Source: an uncultured Acidobacteriota bacterium
Lineage (GTDB): Bacteria; Acidobacteriota; Thermoanaerobaculia; Multivoradales; SZUA-115
Assembly (NCBI GenBank): GCA_963805975.1
Contig: CAWDVR010000001.1
Location: forward strand, 1,184,001 to 1,248,000
Direction: 5' to 3'
DNA length: 64,000 nucleotides
In this document: positions 53,601 to 61,775 of the stretch, piece by piece
How the letters are laid out: each line of letters starts with the position of its first letter
Numbering within the stretch: position 1 is the stretch's first letter
Notes under the pieces: model-generated
Database searches by the model: none
Told to the model about the DNA's origin: nothing
What the model saw: the letters and a program-made list of their open reading frames with translations, nothing else
Program-made: the position numbers and the translations under genes

Positions 53601-54478
53601 GCCACGAAACGCGCTGCCGCCTGGTGCTGGTCACCGGTCTGTCGGGATCGGGCAAGAGCACGGTTGCCAACTGCTTCGAGGACCTCGGCTACTACGTGGT
53701 CGACAACCTGCCCCTGCCCCTGCTCGAGCCGCTGCTCGCCAACCCGGCCGGGCTGGTGGAGGGCCACGACCGCATCGCGGTGGTCACGGACGTGCGGGCG
53801 CCGGGCTTCGCCGAACGCGCCCCCGGCCTGGTGGACTCGATCGATCGCAAGGCGGTGGAGGTCGCACTGCTCTTTCTCGAGGCCTCCGACGAGGCCCTGG
53901 TGCGCCGCTTCTCGGAGACCCGACGGCCTCATCCCCTGGCCGCGACCGGCACGCTGATCGAAGGCATCCGCCGCGAGCGCGACCTGCTCGCCGACCTCCG
54001 CGGCCGCGCCGACATGGTGGTCGACACCAGCGAGTTCTCGATCCACGAGACCCGCAGCCTGATCTACAGTGAGTTCGCCACCGAGCCCGGCGAAGAGCCG
54101 TCGATGACCGTGTCGGTGGTGAGCTTCGGTTTCAAGCGCGGCATCCCCTACGGCACGGACCTGCTCTTCGACGTGCGCTTCCTTCCCAACCCCCACTTCG
54201 TTCCCGGCCTGCGGGAGCTCACCGGGCAGGACGCGGCGGTGCTGGCCTATCTCGAGGCGGAACCAGACTTCGCCGAGCTGGTCGCCCGCTTGAAAGACCT
54301 CCTCCTCTACCTCCTGCCGCGCTACCGGCGGGAGAACCGGAGCTACCTCTCGGTGGCCATCGGCTGCACCGGCGGCAGGCACCGCTCGGTGGCGGTGGCC
54401 GAGCGCCTGGCGGGGGAGCTCGGCAGCGCCGGCTGGCCGGTGCGCCTGATCCACCGCGACTGCTCCCGCACTCCGTAA
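53597..54478 (+). CDS. rapZ: RNase adapter RapZ
   Basis: GLSGSGKS, VDNLP, SETRRPHP, SFGFK, DVRFLPNP, IGCTGGRHRSV. Confidence 0.96.
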   Translation: MSHETRCRLVLVTGLSGSGKSTVANCFEDLGYYVVDNLPLPLLEPLLANPAGLVEGHDRIAVVTDVRAPGFAERAPGLVDSIDRKAVEVALLFLEASDEALVRRFSETRRPHPLAATGTLIEGIRRERDLLADLRGRADMVVDTSEFSIHETRSLIYSEFATEPGEEPSMTVSVVSFGFKRGIPYGTDLLFDVRFLPNPHFVPGLRELTGQDAAVLAYLEAEPDFAELVARLKDLLLYLLPRYRRENRSYLSVAIGCTGGRHRSVAVAERLAGELGSAGWPVRLIHRDCSRTP

Positions 54479-54490
54479 TAAAATCGATCG

Positions 54491-54949
54491 ATGTTCTCGA
54501 CGCTCATCGTTTCCCAGGGCGGCCTGGCCCGCGAGCTGGTGGCGACCGCCCGCCAGATCATGGCCGAGCCCGTGCCGCTCGAAGCGCTCACCCTGGAGTG
54601 GGAGGACGACCTCGAGGCGGCGCGCTCCAAGGTCCGACAGGCGGTGGACCGGCTACGCGGCGAGGACGGCGTGCTGGTGCTGGTCGACATGGCGGGCTCG
54701 ACGCCGTGCAACGCCGCGGTGAACGCGGCCGAAGCGGGCGGTGTCGAGGTGATCGCCGGCGTCAACCTGCCGATGGTGCTGCGCCTGGCCTGCGGTGCGG
54801 CCCAGGCCTCGGGGCTGGCGGAGTGCGCGGCCTGGCTGAAGGCCAAGGGGCAGAAGAGCATCAGCCGGCCCGAGCGCTGCGGCTGGCCCGAATCGCCCTG
54901 CGACGAGACCCGCGGCGACGAGAACAGTGGGGGAGGGGCCGGGTCTTGA
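54491..54949 (+). CDS. PTS EIIA mannose-family protein, phospho-His replaced by Gln
   Basis: LVDMAGSTPCN, GVNLPMVL; IVSQG in place of xxTHG. Confidence 0.85.
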   Translation: MFSTLIVSQGGLARELVATARQIMAEPVPLEALTLEWEDDLEAARSKVRQAVDRLRGEDGVLVLVDMAGSTPCNAAVNAAEAGGVEVIAGVNLPMVLRLACGAAQASGLAECAAWLKAKGQKSISRPERCGWPESPCDETRGDENSGGGAGS

Positions 54950-55212
54950 TCGAGCGCGAGGTCGAGATCGTCAACCGGCTGGGCCTCCACGCCCGGGCCG
55001 CGGCCAAGCTGGTGAAGACCGCCGGCGGCTTCCGCGCCCAGATCCACGTGGAGAGGGACGGCGAGGTGGTGGACGCCAAGAGCATCCTCGGCCTGATGAT
55101 GATGGCCGCCGCCCAGGGCACATGGGTGAAGCTGCGTTGCGAAGGCGAGGACGAGGCACTGGCGATGACCGCCGTCAGCCAACTGATCGCTGACCGCTTT
55201 CAGGAAGAGTGA
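54946..55212 (+). CDS. ptsH: Phosphocarrier HPr
   Basis: NRLGLHARAA (His15), DAKSILG (Ser46); TTG start. Confidence 0.95.
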   Translation: MIEREVEIVNRLGLHARAAAKLVKTAGGFRAQIHVERDGEVVDAKSILGLMMMAAAQGTWVKLRCEGEDEALAMTAVSQLIADRFQEE

Positions 55213-56975
55213 TGCCGAGCGACGGCCCGGCCATGCAGGAGATCGAGGGATTGGGAGTCGCGCCGGGGATCGCCATCGGCCGCGCGGTGTGCCTGAAGAC
55301 TCACGCGGTCGAGGTCTATCGCCTACCGATCGAGGCCGCGGGCCTGGACGCCGAGGTAGCGCGCTTCCACGAGGCCAACCGCCGCGCGCAGCAGGAGATC
55401 CGCCGCATCCGCGACAACGTCCGCGAGCAGTTGGGGGACGAGCTGGGAGAGATCTTCGAGGCGCATTCCCTGTTCCTGGACGACCCCGCCTTTCTCGGGC
55501 GCATCGAGCGCAAGATCCGCGAGGAGCTGGTCAATGCCGAGTGGGCGGTCTATCGCACCGCCGAGGAAATGGCGGAGCGGTTCGCGGCGGTCGAGGACGA
55601 GTACATCCGGGAGCGCCACGAGGATCTCTGGGACGTGGCGCACCAGCTCCTGCGCAGCCTCCAGGGCGTTCCCCACCACGAGATCTCCGAGCTCGAGGGC
55701 GAGGTGGTCGTGGTGGCCGACGAGCTCACCCCTTCGCATGCCCTGCGCCTGGGCCGGGAGAACGTGCTCGGCTTCGCCATCGAGTCCGGCGGCAGGACCT
55801 CGCACACCACCATCATCGCGCGCTCGCTCAACCGGCCGCTGGTGAGCGGTCTGGACGGTCTCTCGGCGCTGGTGACCGACAACGACCCGGTGATCGTGGA
55901 CGGCGAGACCGGCAAGGTGATCCTCCATCCCACCGACGAGACGCTGGCCCGCTACCGCACCCGGCAGCGCGAGCTGGCCGCGCGCGACCAGGCCGCCCTC
56001 GCCACCCGCGCCTTGCCTGCGACCTCGCGCGACGGCACGACGATCCACCTGATGGCCAACATCGACCTGCCGGAGGAGATCGGCACCGCGCTCGAGCTGG
56101 GGGCGACGGGCGTCGGCCTCTACCGCAGCGAGTTCCTCTACATCGAGAAGAGCCCGCAGCTCCCCAGCGAAGAGGAGCATTTGCAGATCTACGGCGCCCT
56201 GGCGAGGGCTGCCGCGCCCCACCCGGCGATCATCCGCACCTACGATCTGGGAGGCCGCAAGCTGGCGCGAGAGATGCTGCACACGCGGGAGGAGAACCCG
56301 GTGCTCGGCATGCGCGGCATCCGAGTCACCCTGGCCCGCCCGGAGATGTTTCGCACCCAGATCCGCGCTCTGCTGCGTGCCGCGCTCGAGGGCGACCTGT
56401 GGGTAATGATCCCGCTAGTATCAACTTTAGAGGAAGTAAGAAAATTCAAGTCTTTCGTTCGAGTCGTGTCTGCAGAGCTCGAAGCTGAAGGCGTCCCCTT
56501 CCGCAAGGATCTCAAGCTGGGGATCATGATCGAAGTGCCCTCGGCGGCGATGATCGCCGACCGCCTGGCGCCGGAGGTCGACTTCTTCTCGATCGGCACC
56601 AACGACCTGATCCAGTACGCCATGGCCGTGGACCGCAACAACGAGCACGTGGCCGCGCTCTACCAGCCCATGCATCCAGGGATCCTGCGCATGCTACGCT
56701 TCGTCGCGGAGAGCGCGCGGCACGCCGGGATCGAGGTCTCGGTCTGTGGGGAGATGGCTTCGGACCCTCGCCTGGCTGCCTTGCTGCTCGGGCTGGGGCT
56801 GAGGCGCCTCTCCATGGCTCCGCGTTCGATCCCGGCAATCAAGACGTTTCTGCGCGGACAGCGGATCCGAGCCTTGGAGGCGCTGGCCAAGGAGTGCCTG
56901 GAGCTGGGCACCGCCGCCGAGGTCGAGGCGCGAGTGGCAGCCACGTTGCCCAGCCTCTGGTCTGGGCAACTCTGA
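55209..56975 (+). CDS. ptsI: PTS enzyme I
   Basis: GGRTSH, GLYRSEF, ENPVLGMRG, SIGTNDL, CGEMA. Confidence 0.96.
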   Translation: MMPSDGPAMQEIEGLGVAPGIAIGRAVCLKTHAVEVYRLPIEAAGLDAEVARFHEANRRAQQEIRRIRDNVREQLGDELGEIFEAHSLFLDDPAFLGRIERKIREELVNAEWAVYRTAEEMAERFAAVEDEYIRERHEDLWDVAHQLLRSLQGVPHHEISELEGEVVVVADELTPSHALRLGRENVLGFAIESGGRTSHTTIIARSLNRPLVSGLDGLSALVTDNDPVIVDGETGKVILHPTDETLARYRTRQRELAARDQAALATRALPATSRDGTTIHLMANIDLPEEIGTALELGATGVGLYRSEFLYIEKSPQLPSEEEHLQIYGALARAAAPHPAIIRTYDLGGRKLAREMLHTREENPVLGMRGIRVTLARPEMFRTQIRALLRAALEGDLWVMIPLVSTLEEVRKFKSFVRVVSAELEAEGVPFRKDLKLGIMIEVPSAAMIADRLAPEVDFFSIGTNDLIQYAMAVDRNNEHVAALYQPMHPGILRMLRFVAESARHAGIEVSVCGEMASDPRLAALLLGLGLRRLSMAPRSIPAIKTFLRGQRIRALEALAKECLELGTAAEVEARVAATLPSLWSGQL

Positions 56976-57001
56976 CCCGGAGCCAGGCTCCAGAGAAAGC
57001 C

Positions 57002-57844
57002 ATGCGCCGCATCCAACCCAGAGTCATCGCCTGCTGCTGGAGCGCGGTCTTGTTGGCGCTCGCGCTCACCGCCTGCGCCTCGCGAACCAAGCCATCCTCG
57101 TCCCTCTCGCCGCCCACCTCCACCCCGGTGGCCGAGGCTCCGAGGGAACCTGTCACGCCTGCGGCGGAGCCGGCTCCCCAGTCGAAGCCAGCCCCGTCGC
57201 GGCCGGCAGAGCCGACCACCGTGGTGCTGGACAGCGGCGAAGAGACGGCCGAGCAACCCCGGAGCCTGCTCGAGGCATCGCGCCTGGCCAAAGAGAGACA
57301 GCGGACTGCTGGCCAGCCGGTCGCCGTGATCACCAACGAGAACCTCGGCGAGTACGCGAGCCGGGGAAGGCTGACTGTGATCCACCCGGCCCCCAAGCCG
57401 GCTTCCGAGGAACTTGCCGAGGAGGAGGGGACAGCCACCCCCTCGGGGGAGGCCGGTCGGGGGAAGAATGAGACGTACTGGCGAACGACCGCCCTGTCCC
57501 TGCGGGAGAAGTGGCGTGCAGCGCTCGACGCCGTGGTCGAGCTCGAGGCTCGAGCCGAGGCGCTCCGGCACCAGTTCTACAGCCAGGAGGACGTCTATCT
57601 CCGTGACACGCGCGTCAAGCCGGCCTGGGACCGTGTGCTCGACCGACTGGAAGAGGCCCGGCGCGAGTCGGAGTCGGGGCGCACCGAGCTGACAGACTTT
57701 CTCGACGAAGGCCGCCGCGCCGGCGCCCTCCCGGGCTGGCTGCGCGAGGGCATCGAGCTGGAGCCGGAAGAGCAGCGGACCTTCGAAGACGACCTGCCGG
57801 AGGCGGAAGCCGTGGAACCGGTTACGATCGACGACACACCATGA
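57002..57844 (+). CDS. Lipoprotein with Pro-rich linker and coiled coil
   Basis: Lipobox LTAC, ITNENL, E.YWR, GRRAGALPGWLR. Confidence 0.8.
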   Translation: MRRIQPRVIACCWSAVLLALALTACASRTKPSSSLSPPTSTPVAEAPREPVTPAAEPAPQSKPAPSRPAEPTTVVLDSGEETAEQPRSLLEASRLAKERQRTAGQPVAVITNENLGEYASRGRLTVIHPAPKPASEELAEEEGTATPSGEAGRGKNETYWRTTALSLREKWRAALDAVVELEARAEALRHQFYSQEDVYLRDTRVKPAWDRVLDRLEEARRESESGRTELTDFLDEGRRAGALPGWLREGIELEPEEQRTFEDDLPEAEAVEPVTIDDTP

Positions 57845-59220
57845 CCCTCGACCCTCGAACCACTCCCCGGCGCTTCTTCATCGAGACCTGGGGTTGCCAG
57901 ATGAACGAGCTGGACTCGCAGCGCATGGCGGGGCAGCTCATCCAGCAGGGGATCCTGCCCACCCGAGACCCGGGCCAAGCCGATGTCATTCTGCTCAACT
58001 CCTGCAGCGTAAGGGAGAAAGCGGTGCAGAAGGTCTACTCGCGGCTCGGAGAGTACCGGCGCCTGAAGCTGGAGAACGACGAGCTGCTCATCGGCCTCTG
58101 CGGCTGCGTGGCCCAGCAGGAAGGGGAGAGCGCCCTCGCTCGCGTGCCGGACCTCGATTTCGTGATCGGTCCGGCGCGGGTGGGGGAGCTGAAGCAGGTT
58201 CTCGCCGAGCGCCGGGCGGGGCGACGGGTCGTTGCCACGGGTTTTCCAGAGGAGCGCAGTTTCGAGATCGATGCCATCTCCCGGGACGGCGACTACAAGG
58301 GGATGGTCACCATCATCGAGGGCTGCAACAAGAAATGCACCTTCTGCATCGTCCCTTTCACCCGCGGCCCGGAGCGCAGCCGCCGGATCGACGAGGTCCT
58401 TCACGATGTCCGCCACCTTCTCGACTACGGCTTTGTCGAGATCGAGCTCCTGGGCCAGACAGTCAACCACTGGCGCGATCCGGAACAGGATCTTGACTTC
58501 GCGGACCTGCTCGAAGCGGTGGCCGCGCTCGAGGGATTGAAGCGCCTGCGTTTCGTGACCTCCTACCCGCGAGACTTCTCGCCGCGGATGGTCGAGCAGA
58601 TCGGCCGCCGCCCGAACATCTGTCCCTACCTGCATCTGCCCGTTCAGTCCGGCTCCGACCGCGTGCTGCGGCGCATGGGTCGCGGCTACACGATTGGTGA
58701 GTACCTCGATCTGGCCCGACAGCTCCGTGCGGCGCGCCCCGGTCTCGCCCTGTCCACCGACCTGATCGTCGGCTTTCCCGGCGAAACGGCGGAGGACTTC
58801 GAGCAGACCCTCGCCTTGGTCGAACGGGTTCGCTTCTCGAGCTTGTTCGCCTTCTGTTACTCGCCCCGGCCTGGTACGGCCGCTCCAAAGCTCGACGGTG
58901 CCGTAGAGCCGGAAATCGCGCAGCGCCGGCTGCAGGAGCTCCTGGCCCTACAGATCCCGATCCAGCGCGAGCTCAACTCGAGCCTGGTGGGGGAGGAGAT
59001 GGAGGTGCTGGTGACCGGCGGAGGGAAGGAGCCGGGAGCCCAACAGGGTCGCACGGCGTGCCACCGGATCGTTCATTTCCAACCGCCCCGGCCGCTGCCG
59101 CTCGGCAGCCTGACGCGAGTGCGGATCGAGACCGCTCTGCCACACAGCCTGCGTGGAGCTTCTCTCGAGTCGATGCCGTTGTCCCACCACGGCGCTCCTG
59201 GTCTGCACGTTCTGGCGTGA
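57841..59220 (+). CDS. miaB: tRNA methylthiotransferase MiaB
   Basis: GCQMN..DS, NSCSVREKA, CNKKCTFC, HLPVQSG, TRAM domain. Confidence 0.96.
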   Translation: MTLDPRTTPRRFFIETWGCQMNELDSQRMAGQLIQQGILPTRDPGQADVILLNSCSVREKAVQKVYSRLGEYRRLKLENDELLIGLCGCVAQQEGESALARVPDLDFVIGPARVGELKQVLAERRAGRRVVATGFPEERSFEIDAISRDGDYKGMVTIIEGCNKKCTFCIVPFTRGPERSRRIDEVLHDVRHLLDYGFVEIELLGQTVNHWRDPEQDLDFADLLEAVAALEGLKRLRFVTSYPRDFSPRMVEQIGRRPNICPYLHLPVQSGSDRVLRRMGRGYTIGEYLDLARQLRAARPGLALSTDLIVGFPGETAEDFEQTLALVERVRFSSLFAFCYSPRPGTAAPKLDGAVEPEIAQRRLQELLALQIPIQRELNSSLVGEEMEVLVTGGGKEPGAQQGRTACHRIVHFQPPRPLPLGSLTRVRIETALPHSLRGASLESMPLSHHGAPGLHVLA

Positions 59221-59278
59221 TCCAGCCGGCGGCAGTCCACGTCTTGACGGCCTCCTGACGCAGGCTCACAATAGGCCA

Positions 59279-59773
59279 ATGGCCGACACCGAGCTCAAGA
59301 TGGAGATCCGCGGGTTGATGCTGGACCCCGCCTCCAACCTGCCGATCGTCATCCTGCGCGAGGAAAGCGGCCAACGCATGCTGCCGATCTGGATCGGCGT
59401 TTTCGAGGCCAACGCGATCGCGCTGCGGATCGATGGCTTCGAGCCCGCGCGGCCGATGACCCATGACCTCCTCCTGAACACCTTCCGCGAGCTGGGTGCC
59501 CAAATCGAGAAGATCGTGATCTCCGATCTCAAGGACACCACCTTCTTTGCCGTCATCCACATGAGCCAGGGAGAGCGGCAGAGCAGGATCGACTCACGTC
59601 CCAGCGACGCCATCGCCCTGGCTTTGCGGGCAGACGCCCCGATTTTCGTCCTGAGCTCCGTGCTCGACAAGGCCCAAGCCGCGGACCGCGCCTCGGAAGT
59701 CAGCGACGAGGAGCAGCTCAAGAAGTGGCTGGAGGAGATTAGTCCCGAAGATCTCGGAAAGTACACGATGTGA
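59279..59773 (+). CDS. Bifunctional nuclease (DUF151) family protein
   Basis: LPIWIGVFEA, RPMTHDL, DSRPSDAIALA. Confidence 0.92.
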   Translation: MADTELKMEIRGLMLDPASNLPIVILREESGQRMLPIWIGVFEANAIALRIDGFEPARPMTHDLLLNTFRELGAQIEKIVISDLKDTTFFAVIHMSQGERQSRIDSRPSDAIALALRADAPIFVLSSVLDKAQAADRASEVSDEEQLKKWLEEISPEDLGKYTM

Positions 59774-59832
59774 CGAGGGTCCGGCCTCTCGTTTCTCCCC
59801 CTAACTCCAATTAAGACAGTAAGTTGCGGTCA

Positions 59833-59850
59833 ATGTCGGCGCGCCGACAT
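59833..59850. promoter_or_regulatory. Perfect 18-bp palindrome, candidate parS-like site or operator
   Basis: ATGTCGGCGCGCCGACAT, 14 nt upstream of the parA -35 box. Confidence 0.55.
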
Positions 59851-59864
59851 CGAGGCTCGTGTCC

Positions 59865-59894
59865 TTGACCGTCTGTGAAGCGTTCCCATACACT
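59865..59894 (+). promoter_or_regulatory. Sigma-70 promoter of parAB
   Basis: TTGACC-18 nt-TACACT, ATG 10 nt downstream. Confidence 0.65.
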
Positions 59895-59904
59895 CTCCGC
59901 GGTC

Positions 59905-60666
59905 ATGATCATTGCCATCACGAATCAGAAGGGCGGCGTCGGCAAGACCACGACCGCGATCAACCTCTCTGCAGCACTCGCCGGAAAAGGCCTCAGGACT
60001 CTCCTGCTGGACCTGGATCCACAGGCCAATAGCTCCATGTCCTATATCGACGTACGCAATCTTACCGGCCCCACGTTGTACGACGCGTTGACCGAACCAA
60101 GCGTCCACTTGGCCGACACCGTACGCCCTATCGAGCGGTTTCCTAACCTGTTCATCTCGCCCTCGACCATCTCTCTGGCCAAGATCGAGGCAAAGCTCCT
60201 CGGTGAGCTCGACAGCCACTACCGGCTCAAGGATGAGCTGGACAAGGTCCATGAACAGTTCGACTACGTGATCATCGACACTCCGCCAACGCTCGGCATC
60301 ATTACCTTCAACGCCCTGGTCGCCGCCACCCACGTTCTGGTTCCGGTGCAGTCCAGCTACTTCGCGCTGGAGGGAACGGACGACCTGCTCGACACGATCG
60401 ACAAGATCAAGCTGCGAGCCAACCCGCAGCTCCAGATCCTGGGCGCGCTCATCACTCTGTATGACAAGAGAACGGTGCTGTCCAAAGACATTCAGCGGCA
60501 GATTCACGAGGTGTTCGGCGACAAAGTCTTCAAGACCGTGATCTCGAAGAGCGTCCGTCTCGAGGAGAGCCCTGCTTACCACGAGCCGATCTTCACCTTC
60601 GCGCCCAACTCGAGCGGCGCCTACGAGTACTACAAGCTCACTGAGGAGGTGTTGAGCCGTGTCTAG
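59905..60666 (+). CDS. parA: ParA/Soj family ATPase
   Basis: NQKGGVGKTTT, DLDPQAN, IIDTPP. Confidence 0.93.
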   Translation: MIIAITNQKGGVGKTTTAINLSAALAGKGLRTLLLDLDPQANSSMSYIDVRNLTGPTLYDALTEPSVHLADTVRPIERFPNLFISPSTISLAKIEAKLLGELDSHYRLKDELDKVHEQFDYVIIDTPPTLGIITFNALVAATHVLVPVQSSYFALEGTDDLLDTIDKIKLRANPQLQILGALITLYDKRTVLSKDIQRQIHEVFGDKVFKTVISKSVRLEESPAYHEPIFTFAPNSSGAYEYYKLTEEVLSRV

Positions 60667-61534
60667 CGCCACCGTCGTCACCAAACGCCGCGGGCTGCCG
60701 GATCGGGTGCGGATGCGTCACGAGCCGCATTTCGTCGAAGAGCTCACCAGCCGCCACGAGACGCCGGTGGGTCGGTTCATGCCGATGTCCGAGATCGAGC
60801 TCGATCCCCGGCAGCCACGCTCGGCGATGGGAGATCTCTCGGAGCTCGCGGCCTCGATCCGCACGAAGGGAATTCTCGAACCCATTCTGGTTCGCCCTCG
60901 ACCCGCCAGCGAGGAAGAGCCGGGAGCGCCCTACCGGATCATCTCCGGCGAGCGCCGCTTTCGAGCAGCCCAGGAGGTCGGCCTCTACGAGGTTCCGGTG
61001 ATCGAGATGGAGGTCAGCGAGGAAGAGGCCCTCGAGATTGCTCTCATCGAGAATCTCCAGCGTAAAGATCTGACGCCTTTCGAGGAAGCCGAAGGCTATC
61101 GGGCGCTTTCCGAGATCCATGGTTACACCCAGGAAGAAGTGGCAAGCTCGGTGGGGAAGTCGCGCACTGTGGTCACCGAGGCCCTGTCGCTGCTCCAGAT
61201 CCCACCTCGGGTGCGAAATGCAGTCCAGGCTTTGGGCGTTGGGTCGAAGTCGGTTCTGTTAGAGGTGCTGAAGGCCGGTGGCGAGGACGAGATGATCCAG
61301 CTCCTCGAACAGGTGGCACGTCAGGGACTCAACCGCGATGACCTCCGTCGAAAGCTACGCAACAAGGAGACGGCCAAGGGCGGGCGGCGCAAACCCTACG
61401 TGTTCAAGTTCAGGGCTCCAGACAAGACGTTCAGCCTGGCTTTGACCTTCCGCCAGAGCGCCGTGGACAAGGTCGATCTCATCGCTGCGCTCGAGCAGAT
61501 CCTGCGCGAGCTCCAAGCAGACAAAGACGGTTGA
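60659..61534 (+). CDS. parB: ParB/Spo0J family CTPase
   Basis: QPR, GILEPILVR, GERRFRA, ENLQRKDL, HTH TQEEVASSVGKSR. Confidence 0.92.
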   Translation: MSSATVVTKRRGLPDRVRMRHEPHFVEELTSRHETPVGRFMPMSEIELDPRQPRSAMGDLSELAASIRTKGILEPILVRPRPASEEEPGAPYRIISGERRFRAAQEVGLYEVPVIEMEVSEEEALEIALIENLQRKDLTPFEEAEGYRALSEIHGYTQEEVASSVGKSRTVVTEALSLLQIPPRVRNAVQALGVGSKSVLLEVLKAGGEDEMIQLLEQVARQGLNRDDLRRKLRNKETAKGGRRKPYVFKFRAPDKTFSLALTFRQSAVDKVDLIAALEQILRELQADKDG

Positions 61535-61627
61535 CTCCGGACCCCGAGAGGGGCTCCAGCAAGGGCGGCTAGTGCGGTCTTTTTGCCGGGGATCGCGGCT
61601 CGATCGCGCCGCCGCATCATCGATATG

Positions 61628-61655
61628 ATGTCCGATAAGATATATTATGTCAACT
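61628..61655 (+). other. dif site (XerC/XerD chromosome dimer resolution)
   Basis: ATGTCCGATAA-GATATA-TTATGTCAACT versus E. coli GGTGCGCATAA-TGTATA-TTATGTTAAAT: 11-6-11 layout, ATAA/TTAT inner arms, XerD arm 9/11 identical; intergenic AT-rich island. Confidence 0.88.
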
Positions 61656-61775
61656 TTAGCGTGCCGAATGCCGTGGGTTGGGCCACGCTGCTTGCTCGGG
61701 GGGCGCTTCTCCGCTCCTCGGTCTCCAGCTCGCATCAGGACGGCTCAGAGGCTTCGGTCCGTATAATCCGCTCCG

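Noticed and set aside
59905-61655. parAB + dif as a plasmid pdif module or integrated element
   Set aside because: Single dif, no rep, integrase or cargo genes; flanked by core miaB and lptFG
61679-61697. Sigma-54-like GGCCACGCTGCTTGC upstream of lptFG
   Set aside because: GG-to-GC spacing is 11 nt rather than the required 10
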